Assembly (NCBI GenBank): GCA_963825135.1
Contig: CAWGRW010000009.1
Span: forward strand, 896,001 to 960,000
DNA from: an uncultured bacterium
GTDB lineage: Bacteria > Desulfobacterota_D > UBA1144 > Nemesobacterales > UBA2774
Reading direction: 5' to 3'
Length of the DNA stretch: 64,000 nucleotides
Below the pieces are notes generated by a model. The model made no database searches. It had not been told where the DNA came from and saw only the letters and a list, made by a program, of their open reading frames with translations. Each line of letters opens with the position of its first letter. Position 1 is the stretch's first letter. Below are positions 12,061 through 22,465 of this stretch, in pieces. The position numbers and the translations under genes are program-made.

Positions 12061-14472
12061 ATGATAATCACGGTTAACTGGCTAAGGGAATATGTCGACT
12101 TCGGGATCACTCCCGAAGAGCTTGCGGACAAGCTCACGATGGCCGGTCTCGAGGTTGAGGCGGTTGAGTATCGCGGGAGGGGGCTCGAGAATGTTGTAGT
12201 TGCTCTGATCCTCGAATTGAAACCTCACCCGGACGCGACAAAGCTATCCCTCTGCGAAGTAACGGACGGGGAAAAGAACTATCCGATCGTCTGCGGCGCA
12301 AGCAACATGAAGCCGGGCGACAAGGTAGCGCTCGCAAAAATCGGAACGAACCTGCCTCCCGGACCGAAATTCCCCGAAGGTATGACGATCAAGAAAGCCA
12401 AAATAAGGGGCGAGGTCTCGGAAGGGATGCTCTGCGCGGAGAACGAGCTAGGTATAGGCGTCGAGAGCGACGGAATAATGATACTCCCCGCTTCGGCAAG
12501 CATCGGGGCGAGGCTAATAGACGAGATAGGTCTTAACGACGTCATATTCGAGATCAATGTCACCCCCAACCGCCCGGACTGCCTGAGCGTAGTCGGCGTC
12601 GCGAGGGAGGTAGCCGCGCTGCTCGGAAGCAAATTAAATTATCCCCCCCTGACCGTCACCGAATCGGGCGAGGACATACACCAACTGGCAAAAGTGGAGC
12701 TACTGGACCGGGAAAAGTGCCCCAGATATTCCTGCCGCGTAATAAAGAACGTGAATATCGGACCCTCTCCCATGTGGCTCAAGTCGAGGCTCGAGTCCTC
12801 AGGGGTAAGGTCGATAAATAACGTCGTCGACGTCACCAACTACGTGCTCCTGGAGCTGGGCCAGCCGCTCCATGCGTTTAACTACGACCTCATCGAGGGG
12901 AGAAAAATCGTAGTCAGGGCCGCGGGCGACGGTGAAGTATTAAAGACCCTCGACGGCGTCGAGAGAAAACTCACCCCTGAAGACCTGCTTATCTGTGACG
13001 GTAAAAGACCGGTCGCGCTTGCGGGCGTGATGGGCGGCGCGAATACCGAGGTATCGGACAATACGAAAAATATTCTGCTCGAAAGCGCTTACTTCGACCC
13101 TTCGGCTATCAGGAAAACATCCAGAAAGACGGGGCTCAAATCGGAGTCCTCTTACAGGTTCGAAAGGGGCGTCGACCCGAACGGGATAACGAAGGCGCTC
13201 GACAGGGCGGCAGAGCTTATAGGAGAGTTGTCCGGCGGGCAGATCGCAAAGGGCATAATAGACGAGTATCCGGCAATAATAGAACCCTCGCAGGTAGTGC
13301 TTTCCCCAAAACGCGTCAATTCGATCCTCGGAACAGGCATCGACGCGGGAGAGATTACAAGAATATTGAAAGGGCTCGGCTTCGAAAACGCCCCATCAAC
13401 AAATGGTGAGATCACATTCCGCATCCCCACGTGGAGAGTGGATGTCACGAGGGAAATCGATCTGATCGAAGAGATCGCAAGGCTCCACGGCTACGGCAAA
13501 ATTCCGGTCACGCTGCCCCGGGTGATAATGAAATCGGAGGGACTCGATACCGGGAAAAAGGTTAAGAACATACTGAAGGAAGTCCTGGTCTCGGCCGGAT
13601 TCCACGAGGTGATAAACTTCAGCTTCGAAGACTGCGGGCTTTTAACCCTGTTCGGAAAATCCGAGGCGCTCGAGATACTGAACCCGCTTTCGAGCGAGGG
13701 CTCGGTTATGAGGACGAGCCTCCTGCCCGGCATTATCAGGAATTCCGTGCTCAACCTGAACAGACAGGAACATGATGTAAGGCTTTTCGAGGCGGGCAAA
13801 ATTTTCATACCGTCGGGGAGAGGAAGTCTCCCCGTCGAGATAACGAAACTGGCCGCGGCTGCAACCGGAAGAAGACAGCCGGAACTCTGGGACAAAGAGG
13901 AATTCGATTTCTATGATTTTAAAATCCTGCTCGATAGGGGATTCGGTGCTCTATCGATTTCAGAGAGCGTCAATTTCCTGAGGGCAACGGAAATCGGATT
14001 TCTCCACCCCGGCAAATCGGCGTCGGTCTTCATCGGAGAGGAAGACTGCGGTTTCGTGGGGGAGCTTCACCCCGACCTCCTTGATAAGCTTGAAATCTCC
14101 AAGAGGTTATTCGTAATGGAAATAGATTTAGACAAGATAACCGGGAAATACGGCGAAACGCGGAAGGCGTTCAGCCCCCTTCCCAGGTTCCCTGCGGTAA
14201 GAAGGGACATAGCGCTGATAGTCGATGAAGAAATCCCTGCCGGCAGCATTCTCGAAGAGATCGGCAGAATAGATACGAAGCTCATCGAGGACGCGGAAGT
14301 GTTCGACGTATTTACGGGGAGCCCGGTGGAAAAGGGGAAAAAGAGCGTGGCGATTTCGCTCCAGCTGAGGGCGGCGGACAAAACGCTCACCGACGAAGAA
14401 ATAAATAAAGTACAGGACAAGACGATTAAAAAACTTCAATTGGCTCTTGGCGCCGATTTGCGTACAATATAA
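12061..14472 (+). CDS. pheT: phenylalanine--tRNA ligase beta subunit
   Basis: HPDATKL, IVCGASN, SEGMLC, VTPNRPDCLS, RFERGVD, FPAVRRDIAL; 803 aa; ihfA follows. Confidence 0.97.
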   Translation: MIITVNWLREYVDFGITPEELADKLTMAGLEVEAVEYRGRGLENVVVALILELKPHPDATKLSLCEVTDGEKNYPIVCGASNMKPGDKVALAKIGTNLPPGPKFPEGMTIKKAKIRGEVSEGMLCAENELGIGVESDGIMILPASASIGARLIDEIGLNDVIFEINVTPNRPDCLSVVGVAREVAALLGSKLNYPPLTVTESGEDIHQLAKVELLDREKCPRYSCRVIKNVNIGPSPMWLKSRLESSGVRSINNVVDVTNYVLLELGQPLHAFNYDLIEGRKIVVRAAGDGEVLKTLDGVERKLTPEDLLICDGKRPVALAGVMGGANTEVSDNTKNILLESAYFDPSAIRKTSRKTGLKSESSYRFERGVDPNGITKALDRAAELIGELSGGQIAKGIIDEYPAIIEPSQVVLSPKRVNSILGTGIDAGEITRILKGLGFENAPSTNGEITFRIPTWRVDVTREIDLIEEIARLHGYGKIPVTLPRVIMKSEGLDTGKKVKNILKEVLVSAGFHEVINFSFEDCGLLTLFGKSEALEILNPLSSEGSVMRTSLLPGIIRNSVLNLNRQEHDVRLFEAGKIFIPSGRGSLPVEITKLAAAATGRRQPELWDKEEFDFYDFKILLDRGFGALSISESVNFLRATEIGFLHPGKSASVFIGEEDCGFVGELHPDLLDKLEISKRLFVMEIDLDKITGKYGETRKAFSPLPRFPAVRRDIALIVDEEIPAGSILEEIGRIDTKLIEDAEVFDVFTGSPVEKGKKSVAISLQLRAADKTLTDEEINKVQDKTIKKLQLALGADLRTI

Positions 14473-14495
14473 CAATGATAGGAGGGGTTAGCGAC

Positions 14496-14780
14496 ATGAC
14501 GAAGAAAGAACTCGCGGATGTGATTCATACTAAAATAGGACTCTCCAAAAGGGAGTCAGCAGAGATAGTAGAGTTTTTCTTTGAAGTGGCAAAAGAAAAA
14601 CTAAGCAGGGGAGAGGGGATAAAGCTTCCCAGGTTCGGGAGTTTCCGTGTCCAGAACAGAAAGGCCAGAAAGGGAAGGAACCCCGCCACGGGCGAAACGA
14701 TTGAAATAGCCGAGAGACGCGCTGTCGTATTTAAGCCCAGCAGGTTTCTCCGCGACGCCATCGACAAGCATACAGCTTGA
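14496..14780 (+). CDS. ihfA: integration host factor subunit alpha
   Basis: MTKKELAD..FGSF..RKGRNPATGE..VFKPS; canonical position after pheT. Confidence 0.88.
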   Translation: MTKKELADVIHTKIGLSKRESAEIVEFFFEVAKEKLSRGEGIKLPRFGSFRVQNRKARKGRNPATGETIEIAERRAVVFKPSRFLRDAIDKHTA

Positions 14781-14783
14781 TGA

Positions 14784-15452
14784 ATGAGGCATATTTATAG
14801 TTTCTTCAAGCAAAACATACTCGCCGGAATACTGGTAACCGTACCGTTCGGACTTACCCTTTTTATATTGTTGTGGCTCGGCGCATGGATTATACGGCTC
14901 GTCAGCGCCGCTCCCGCAAGACTGATTGGCGGCTATCTTAACGAGCTCCCTGAAGGTTTATACGGAGCCGCCCTTTTCCTGACCGGGCTCATCGGAACCC
15001 TGCTCGTCGTCCTTATTGTCGGAGCAGTAGCAAGAAATTATTTGGGCCGGAAGCTCGTCGTTTTCGGCGAGGCGATAATCTCTAAAATCCCTCTCACAAG
15101 AACGATTTACACAGCTTCGAAACAGGTAATAAATACGCTTTTCGTAGGGACCGGGATCAAGAGCTTAAAGAGGGTCGTGCTCCTGGAGTTTCCGAGAAAG
15201 GGCGTTTACTCCATCGGATTCGTAACCGGCTCAATTGAGGCGGGCGTCCATCAAAACCAGTCCGGTCGAAAACTAATTAGCTTATTCGTCCCCACGACCC
15301 CGAATCCGACAACCGGCTACTACGTCATGCTGCCGGAGGAGGACATAGTGGAGCTTCCGATCACTATAGAGGATGCGTTTAAAATTATCATGTCGGCAGG
15401 CCTCGCCACCAATAATGTTGAAAATGTTGTCCCGTATAAAAAGAACGATTAG
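14784..15452 (+). CDS. DUF502 membrane protein
   Basis: AGILVTVP, VVLLEFPRKG, FVPTTPNPTTGY, AFKIIMSAG. Confidence 0.85.
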   Translation: MRHIYSFFKQNILAGILVTVPFGLTLFILLWLGAWIIRLVSAAPARLIGGYLNELPEGLYGAALFLTGLIGTLLVVLIVGAVARNYLGRKLVVFGEAIISKIPLTRTIYTASKQVINTLFVGTGIKSLKRVVLLEFPRKGVYSIGFVTGSIEAGVHQNQSGRKLISLFVPTTPNPTTGYYVMLPEEDIVELPITIEDAFKIIMSAGLATNNVENVVPYKKND

Positions 15453-16788
15453 CAAATACAAAATGCTCCTCCCCGGAGACAAGGTAGTCATCGGGGTTTC
15501 AGGGGGCGCCGATTCGGTATGCCTACTGCATGTCCTCCTCGGACTTACCGAATTGAATATAGATCTTATAGTCGCTCATCTGAACCATGGAATAAGGGGT
15601 AAAGAGGCTCAAAGGGACTCGTTGTTCGTTAAGAAGACGGCCGAGTCCCTCGGTTTAAAATTCGAGCCCGGCGAAGCGGACGTCCCCCGATTCAAAAGGG
15701 AATCGAGGCTCACGCTCGAAGAAGCGGCAAGGATCCTACGTTACGAGTTCTTCGAGAAAACGCGTAAAAAGTACAGGGCGGATAAAATAGCCACGGCTCA
15801 CACCCTCGACGACCAGGCGGAAACCGTGGTTATGAGGCTCCTCAGGGGGAGCGGCGGGAAGGGACTTTCGGGCATCCCCCCCGTATCGAGAGGGGTGATA
15901 ATAAGGCCGCTCATAGAAACGGCCCGACCGGAAATCGAACACTACCTCAAATCCAACGGGATTGAATGGATCGAGGATTCAACCAACAAGCTCAGGACAA
16001 TCATGAGAAACAGGATAAGGCTCGACCTGATACCCTCGCTCGAGACCTACAATCCTCAAATTAAAGAGACGCTGGCGAGAACCTCGGACCTGTTGCGGAT
16101 CGGGGACGAATATATCGATCGGGAGGCAAAAAAGAATTTCGGGCGCATCTTCGTAATCGGCGAGTCCGAGCTTCACGGCGATTTGGGTAAGTTCAGACGA
16201 CTCCACCAGGCCCTGAGGCTAAGCGTCCTCAGGCTCGCCATTGAGGAGCTCGAAAAGGGCCTCAGGAACATTACGTCTCTCCACATCCTGGCCGCCGACG
16301 AGTTTCTGATGTCGGATGCGGCGTCGGGAGAAATAGAGTTCCCGGAAGAATCGGTCATTGCGAAAGGGTACGATTCCTTCCTCGTCACGACGAGGGCCGG
16401 GCTCGAACGCGAATTCTCCTACACGATAAAGTCTCCCGGAAAATGGAGCTTCCCGGGGTTCGAAGTCGATATAGAGAAGGTATCGGTCTGGACCCTGGAG
16501 GAAGAGCGGGAGGACGTAGCCTATCTCGATGCCGGCAAGGTCGAGTTCCCTATCGAGATAAGGAGCTTCAGGCCCGGCGACAGGTTCATGCCGCTCGGAA
16601 TGAAAAACGAGAAAAAGGTAAAAAATTTCTTCGTGGACTCGAAGGTCCCGCGGTTCCAAAGATACAGAATCCCGATATTCAGGAGCAAGGGAGAGATATT
16701 CTGGATCGGGGGGATGAGGATCGATGAAAGGTTCAAGGTGAGAAAGAAAGGAAAGAAAGCCCTGAAACTGAGCTTAAGAGTCCCGTAA
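15424..16788 (+). CDS. tilS: tRNA(Ile)-lysidine synthetase
   Basis: GVSGGADSVCL PP-loop, HLNHGIRG, EEAARILRY, TAHTLDDQAET, RNRIR; start approximate. Confidence 0.95.
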   Translation: MLSRIKRTISKYKMLLPGDKVVIGVSGGADSVCLLHVLLGLTELNIDLIVAHLNHGIRGKEAQRDSLFVKKTAESLGLKFEPGEADVPRFKRESRLTLEEAARILRYEFFEKTRKKYRADKIATAHTLDDQAETVVMRLLRGSGGKGLSGIPPVSRGVIIRPLIETARPEIEHYLKSNGIEWIEDSTNKLRTIMRNRIRLDLIPSLETYNPQIKETLARTSDLLRIGDEYIDREAKKNFGRIFVIGESELHGDLGKFRRLHQALRLSVLRLAIEELEKGLRNITSLHILAADEFLMSDAASGEIEFPEESVIAKGYDSFLVTTRAGLEREFSYTIKSPGKWSFPGFEVDIEKVSVWTLEEEREDVAYLDAGKVEFPIEIRSFRPGDRFMPLGMKNEKKVKNFFVDSKVPRFQRYRIPIFRSKGEIFWIGGMRIDERFKVRKKGKKALKLSLRVP

Positions 16789-16813
16789 GCATTCCGGTCA
16801 ATCGAGTCACGCC

Positions 16814-17784
16814 TTATTTCGCATCGAGCGCCAGATAGGCCGCGCCAATAATCCCCTCGTCGTCCCCGAGCACGCTCTTCATCACCTTAACCCTTTCCGC
16901 AGGCGCCCTGAGCGCCCTCCGCTTGAGCTCCGCAATAGCCCTGTCGATGAACATTTCCCACGCCTCCGAAACCCCTCCGCCTAAAACTATCAGCTCAACA
17001 TTCAGTATATTCACGAGGCTCGCCATGCCGATTCCGAGCGCGGTGCCGAACTGCTCCCATATCCCGAGTGCGGCCCGGTCCCCTTGAAGGGCCGCCTTCA
17101 TGACGGCCTCGGGTATCCTGCCCGGGTCTTCATCCCTGACCAACTCCCTCAGCACGGTCTTCGAATTCGCATCCGCGAGGACCTCTTTTACCATACGTCT
17201 GATCGCCGTGGCCGAAGAATAGCTCTCCAGGCACCCGTAATTCCCGCAGCTGTCCTTCGGCCCGTCGGGATAGATCGTCATGTGCCCGACCTCGCCTCCC
17301 ATGCCGTCAGCGCCCCTCCACAATTTGCCGTCGAGTACTAATCCCGCCGCCGACCCCGGTCCCGAGTGTAATCATAATGAGCGAGTCCACGTCCTTTCCG
17401 GCCCCCATCCACCATTCCCCGACGGCCGCGCAGTTGGCGTCGTTTTCTATGATTACCCGGACGGCATCTCCGAGTCTCTTGCGGAGGTTCTCCCTTATAG
17501 GGTAGTTGTTCACGTTGGATATATTAGGCGCCTGGGTGATGATCCCTTCTTTGAAATCGATTATTCCCGGGAATACCGAACCCCACCGCGGACACATCAT
17601 CGTCCCCGCCTATGCTCTTGATCAGCCCGACAAGATTTTCGATAACCGCTTCGATCCCCTGATCCGCATCAGACGCGATTTTCATCCGCTTGATTATTTT
17701 TCCGTCCGGGCCGACAAGAGCGCCCCTCAGGTTCGTGCCTCCGACGTCTATACCGATTACATTCTTTTCCATCTCGTTTTCCAT
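16814..17784 (-). pseudogene. glk: ROK-family glucokinase split by two +1 frameshifts (probably sequence error)
   Basis: IGIDVGGTN / GIPG-IIDF..ENDANCAAVGE..ITLGTGVGGG / LVLDGKLWRG..GEVGH..CGNYGCLE lie in three frames; extra G near 17567 and 17344. Confidence 0.85.
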
Positions 17785-17863
17785 TCCGTATAAAAATATT
17801 TCAATACATGCTGTAAAATATCCTCCATACTCGGGTTAGTGTAAAGACGGGGAGAAAAACTAA

Positions 17864-19001
17864 ATGGATTTCGACTTCACGGAAGAACAGAAGATGATAA
17901 GGAGCGTCGCGAGGGAATTCGCCAGGAAGGAAATCGCTCCCTCGGCCGCAGCGATACGACCGGAGCGCCGAGTTCCCTCATGATATACAGGCGAAGGCGC
18001 GGGAGCTGGGGTTGATAAACGTGGTAATACCCGAGGAGTACGGCGGCTCGGGGCTTTCCGCAATCGAGATGATACTTGTCACCGAGGAGCTCGCGTGGGG
18101 CTGCGCGGGAATCGCCGTGGGCGGGATCGCCATCAACACGCTCACCGCGCAGCCGATTCTGCTCGCGGGCGACCGGGAGCAGAAGAAAAAGTACCTCGGC
18201 ATGCTCTCCGAAGGATACGGGTCATACTGCGTTTCGGAGCCGAACGCGGGCTCGGACGTCGCTTCCATGCATTCGAGCGCGCGGAAACAAAAAGGCGGAT
18301 ACATACTCAACGGTCAGAAGACATGGATATCGAACGCTAACGAGGCCTCCTTTTTCGTCGTATTCGCCAAAACCTCTCCCGATGACGGACACAGGGGGAT
18401 AAGCGCATTCCTTGTGGACCGGGACACGCCGGGCGTGGAGGTATCGAAAAAGTTCCCGAAGATGGGACAGAGGGCGAGCGACGCCTGTGAGGTCGCGTTC
18501 AAGGACGTCGAGCTTCAGGCGAAATCGCTTCTCGGAATTGAAGGAGAAGGGTTCAAGCTCGCAATGAAGGTCTTCGATCACACCCGCCCGCTCATAGCCG
18601 CGCTCGGCGTGGGTATCTCGCAGAGGGCGCTCGACGAGTGCATCGGTTATTCCAGAGAAAGAGAGGCCTTCGGCAAGCCGATCCTCGACTTTCAGGGGGT
18701 GAGCTTCAAGGTAGCGGAGATGGGTATGCGTACACAGGCGGCGAGGCTCCTTACCTATAACGCGGCCTGGAAAGCGGCCAGGGGAGAGCGGAACACGCTT
18801 GAGGCATCTTACGCGAAGACGTTCGCCTCCGACACCGCCATGTGGTCCGCGACAGAAGCCGTCCAGATACACGGCGGCTACGGGTATTCCGAGGAATATC
18901 CGCTGGAGAAGCTGATGAGGGACGCGAAGGTGCTCCAGATATACGAGGGCACGAACGAGATCCAGCGAGTCGTTATGGCCAAGGAGCTGACAAGGGAATG
19001 A
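17864..19001 (+). pseudogene. acyl-CoA dehydrogenase with one +1 frameshift near 17952 (probably sequence error)
   Basis: MDFDFTEEQKMIRSVAREFA start at 17864 with RBS; then [43 protein letters not shown]. Confidence 0.88.
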
Positions 19002-20161
19002 CAGGTGTGAAAGAAGCCGTAATTATCGACGCCGTCCGTACGCCCGTGGGAAGGAACCGCGGGGCGCTCAGGAATATAAGGCCGGACGAGCTGTACGCGG
19101 GGTTACTAGGCGAAATACTGAAAAGGACAGGAATCGGCGCAGATATGATCGACGACGTAATCACGGGGTGCGTGACGCAGTACGGCGAGCAGGGCGCCAA
19201 TATAGGCAGACTGGCCGCGCTCCTCTCCCCCCTCCCCCCGTCCGTCCCCGCGGTAACGCTCAACCGGATGTGCGGGTCGAGCCAGCAGGCCGTCCACTTC
19301 GCGGCCCAGTCTATAGCTGCGGGGGATGCCGTGTACGTCCTTGCGGGAGGCGTCGAGTCCATGACGCGCGTGCCGATGTTCTCGGACATCAAAGGCGGTC
19401 TCGAAAACCTGAACCCGGATATTGGGCGTAAATACGAGCTCATTCATCAGGGCGAGTCCGCCGAGCGTATCGCAGAGAAATACGGCCTTACGAGGAAGGA
19501 GCTCGACGGATTCGCCTTCGAGAGTCACTCGAAGGCGGCCCGGGCAATCAGCTCCGGTTTCTTCAAAGAACAGATCATGCCGGTCGCGGGAGCGGATGCC
19601 GAAGGCAAGCCGTTCACGCTCGATTACGACGAAGGCGTGAGGCTCAAACCGGACCTCGAAAAGATGTCCTCACTCGCCCCCGTCTTCAGAGAGGAGGGTG
19701 TAATCACCGCCGCGAATTCGAGCCAGATATCGGACGGGGCCGGGCTCCTCCTGATCGCGGAAAGGGAAAGGGCGGAGGGAGACGGCCTTACGCCGCGGGC
19801 GAGGATACGCACGCGCGCCGTACTCGGCGGAGACCCCACACTGCAGCTGCTGGAGGTCATTCCGGCGACAGCCAGAGTCCTCACGAAGGCGGGGCTCACT
19901 CTCGCGGATATGGACGTTATAGAGATAAACGAGGCGTTCGCCTCTGTCGTGCTCGCGTGGTCGAGGGAGCTTAAGCCGGATATGGAGAAAGTAAACCCAA
20001 ACGGCGGAGCGATAGCCCACGGCCACCCCCTGGGCGCAACGGGAGCGGTGCTCATGACCAAACTGCTGTATGAGCTCGAGCGCACGGACGGCCAGTTCGG
20101 GCTCCAGGTCATGTGCATCGGGCACGGTATGGCGACCGCGACTATCATAGAAAGACTTTAA
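18998..20161 (+). CDS. acetyl-CoA C-acyltransferase (thiolase)
   Basis: [49 protein letters not shown] overlap with the dehydrogenase stop. Confidence 0.93.
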   Translation: MTGVKEAVIIDAVRTPVGRNRGALRNIRPDELYAGLLGEILKRTGIGADMIDDVITGCVTQYGEQGANIGRLAALLSPLPPSVPAVTLNRMCGSSQQAVHFAAQSIAAGDAVYVLAGGVESMTRVPMFSDIKGGLENLNPDIGRKYELIHQGESAERIAEKYGLTRKELDGFAFESHSKAARAISSGFFKEQIMPVAGADAEGKPFTLDYDEGVRLKPDLEKMSSLAPVFREEGVITAANSSQISDGAGLLLIAERERAEGDGLTPRARIRTRAVLGGDPTLQLLEVIPATARVLTKAGLTLADMDVIEINEAFASVVLAWSRELKPDMEKVNPNGGAIAHGHPLGATGAVLMTKLLYELERTDGQFGLQVMCIGHGMATATIIERL

Positions 20162-20188
20162 TAAATTTTCGGGAGAGGCGGTTTCAGA

Positions 20189-21099
20189 TTGAGTGAACAG
20201 ATCAAGCGCGGGACATTATGCTCGCTCGATTCGCTCGAAGCAAATGAGGAGATGTACGGGACTGCCACGACGGTCGAGACCTGGCTCGTCCTCGAATACA
20301 ACGGGCGCTGGTCGGGGGACGCGTTTCGTGACAGCAAAATACCCGAGGCAGCAAAAACCGCTATCGATCGCTTTCTCGGGAGGATTCCCGAATTCCCGAC
20401 TCCAGCTTGTAAAGAAGGAGAAACCGAGCGGGTACGGCTTAGAAGCTCTTCATAGCACATTCGAGGGAAAAAGACCCGGTCCTCCTTGAAATTACACTCG
20501 GAAGATACGAAGACCTGGTCGATCTTGACATTGATTCGGTTCAAAAGGACGGATTGTCCGAGCGGAAGGAGCCGGTTTTTCTCATCTGCACAAACGGCGA
20601 GCACGATAAGTGCTGCGGGAAGTTCGGCAAACCCGTATATCTGGAAGCGGCCGAGGGCATCCACGGCCAAAACACATGGCAGACGACTCACATCGGGGGG
20701 CACAGGTTCGCATCCACTTTCGTCTGCCTGCCCCACGGACTCTATTACGGACGGGTCAGGGAAGGGGCGAGGGCCGAGAATATATTCAGTGAATATAAAA
20801 GCGGCAGGATCGATCTTGGAAGCTACAGGGGACGCTCGTGCTACGGCGCTCCCGTGCAGGCCGCCGAATATTTTCTGAGGAATGAAACGGGAAACAGGGA
20901 AATATCCGCGTTTTACTTGCGAGATGTGAAGGAACAAAACGGAGAGATAAAAGTGGATTTCCTCTCCGTTGACGATGAAAAGATTTATAAAGTCGGGTTG
21001 AGAAAGCTCGATAACGCCCTTAAAATACTAAAAAGCTGCGGTGATAAGGAAAGGTCGTTTATCCCGCTATACAGATTACTGAGCATCGTAGAAAGATAA
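20189..21099 (+). pseudogene. sucrase/ferredoxin-like (Apd1/Aim32-type 2Fe-2S) protein with two +1 frameshifts
   Basis: GTA..WLVLEY..W N-terminus; LICTNGEHDKCCG and WQTTHIGGHRFA motifs; frame changes near 20390 and 20442. Confidence 0.8.
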
Positions 21100-21161
21100 A
21101 GGCGAAATCGAAGCGGTGTTACCGATTCCCCTCCCCTTATAAAACGGAAATCACAACTGTC

Positions 21162-21674
21162 CTATTTAATCGCCCTGTTCCCGAACGCATTCAGATGAAA
21201 CACCTGCTCGGGAGGCTTTCTGGATTTCACGGAGCCAGCCTGTCTTTCGTCGAAATATCCGAACGGCAGTACCGTAAGGATATGAAGGTTGTCCGGTATA
21301 TTCAGATATTTCATGAGCCCTTCCCTGTCGATATTCCCTATCCAGCACGATCCCAGCTTATGGCTCCAGGCCGTCAGCACCATGTTCTGCACCGCGCGCG
21401 TCCCGTCTATTTCGTGCCATTTCGAAGAGGGGTCGGTAAGCACGACGACGGCAAAATCGACCTCCGAAACGAATTTGCCGCTTATGCAGTATTTCCCGAG
21501 CCCTCCGAGCTTGTCCCTGTCCCTGACAATTATAAACTGCCACGGCTGGTCGTTATGCGCGCTCGGCGCGAGCCTCCCTGCCTCGATGACCTCTCTCACG
21601 GCGCTATCCGGCGCCGCCTTTCTTATGTAGCTCCTTATCGAGCTCACGGTCTTTACACACTCGAATACGTCCAT
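21162..21674 (-). CDS. nitroreductase family protein
   Basis: SIRSY, LAPSAHNDQPWQFIIV, AVQNMVLTAWSHKLGSCWIG, LPFGY. Confidence 0.88.
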   Translation of the reverse strand: MDVFECVKTVSSIRSYIRKAAPDSAVREVIEAGRLAPSAHNDQPWQFIIVRDRDKLGGLGKYCISGKFVSEVDFAVVVLTDPSSKWHEIDGTRAVQNMVLTAWSHKLGSCWIGNIDREGLMKYLNIPDNLHILTVLPFGYFDERQAGSVKSRKPPEQVFHLNAFGNRAIK

Positions 21675-21800
21675 TTTCTTGCCGCCTCCTGCAAACCGGA
21701 ATTAGTAAACCTTCGTTTATCAATTAATATTACAGAGTAGCTTATATCGTGAAAAGATGCCGGCGTGAGCGTATGCTGAATAAAAAAAGAAGGAGTCAGA

Positions 21801-22277
21801 TTGCCGGAATCCGTTAAAATCGGGGACATGGCCCCCGCTTTCAGCCTGCCTTCCGATAGCGGCGAGGCCGTAAACATAGGCGATTACCTGGGAAAAAGGC
21901 CAATAGTCTTATTTTTTTATCCCAGGGACAATACCGCCGTGTGCACGAGAGAGGCGTGCGCGTTCAGGGATAGCTACGACGAATTCAGGAATATTGACGA
22001 CGCCGAGGTATTCGGGATCAGCTCCGACCCGGTCGAATCCCATAAACGCTTCTCTTCCGAATACAGGCTCCCCTTCAAGCTGTTGAGCGATGAGAACGGA
22101 GCCGTAAGGGGGCTGTACGGCGTGCCCAGGACCCTCGGCATCCTCCCGGGCAGGGTTACGTATGTAATAGACGGGGAAGGCATAGTGATACACATCATCT
22201 CCTCCCAGCTCGGATACAAAAAGCACGTCGAGGAAGCGATAAGGGCCCTGAGGGGTTCAGAAAACGAAGTGCCTTAG
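21801..22277 (+). CDS. bcp: peroxiredoxin, BCP/PrxQ class
   Basis: FFYPRDNTAVCTREACAFRD (PxxxTxxC plus resolving Cys), GRVTYVID; TTG start with AAGGAG RBS. Confidence 0.88.
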   Translation: MPESVKIGDMAPAFSLPSDSGEAVNIGDYLGKRPIVLFFYPRDNTAVCTREACAFRDSYDEFRNIDDAEVFGISSDPVESHKRFSSEYRLPFKLLSDENGAVRGLYGVPRTLGILPGRVTYVIDGEGIVIHIISSQLGYKKHVEEAIRALRGSENEVP

Positions 22278-22465
22278 AATGAAGCCCGCTACCCTGCCCA
22301 CTCACGCCGGAAGCGCCTAAACGCTCAGAAGCGCCTCCCGGCTTATGGCAATATCACATCAGACGGCACTTAAATTAAGTCCCCTCACATGATATAGTTT
22401 CTGCACTGAGTTATTCAATGACGTCCGGTATCGCTGTATTATAAAGACCTACGGAGGAGAAAAGC

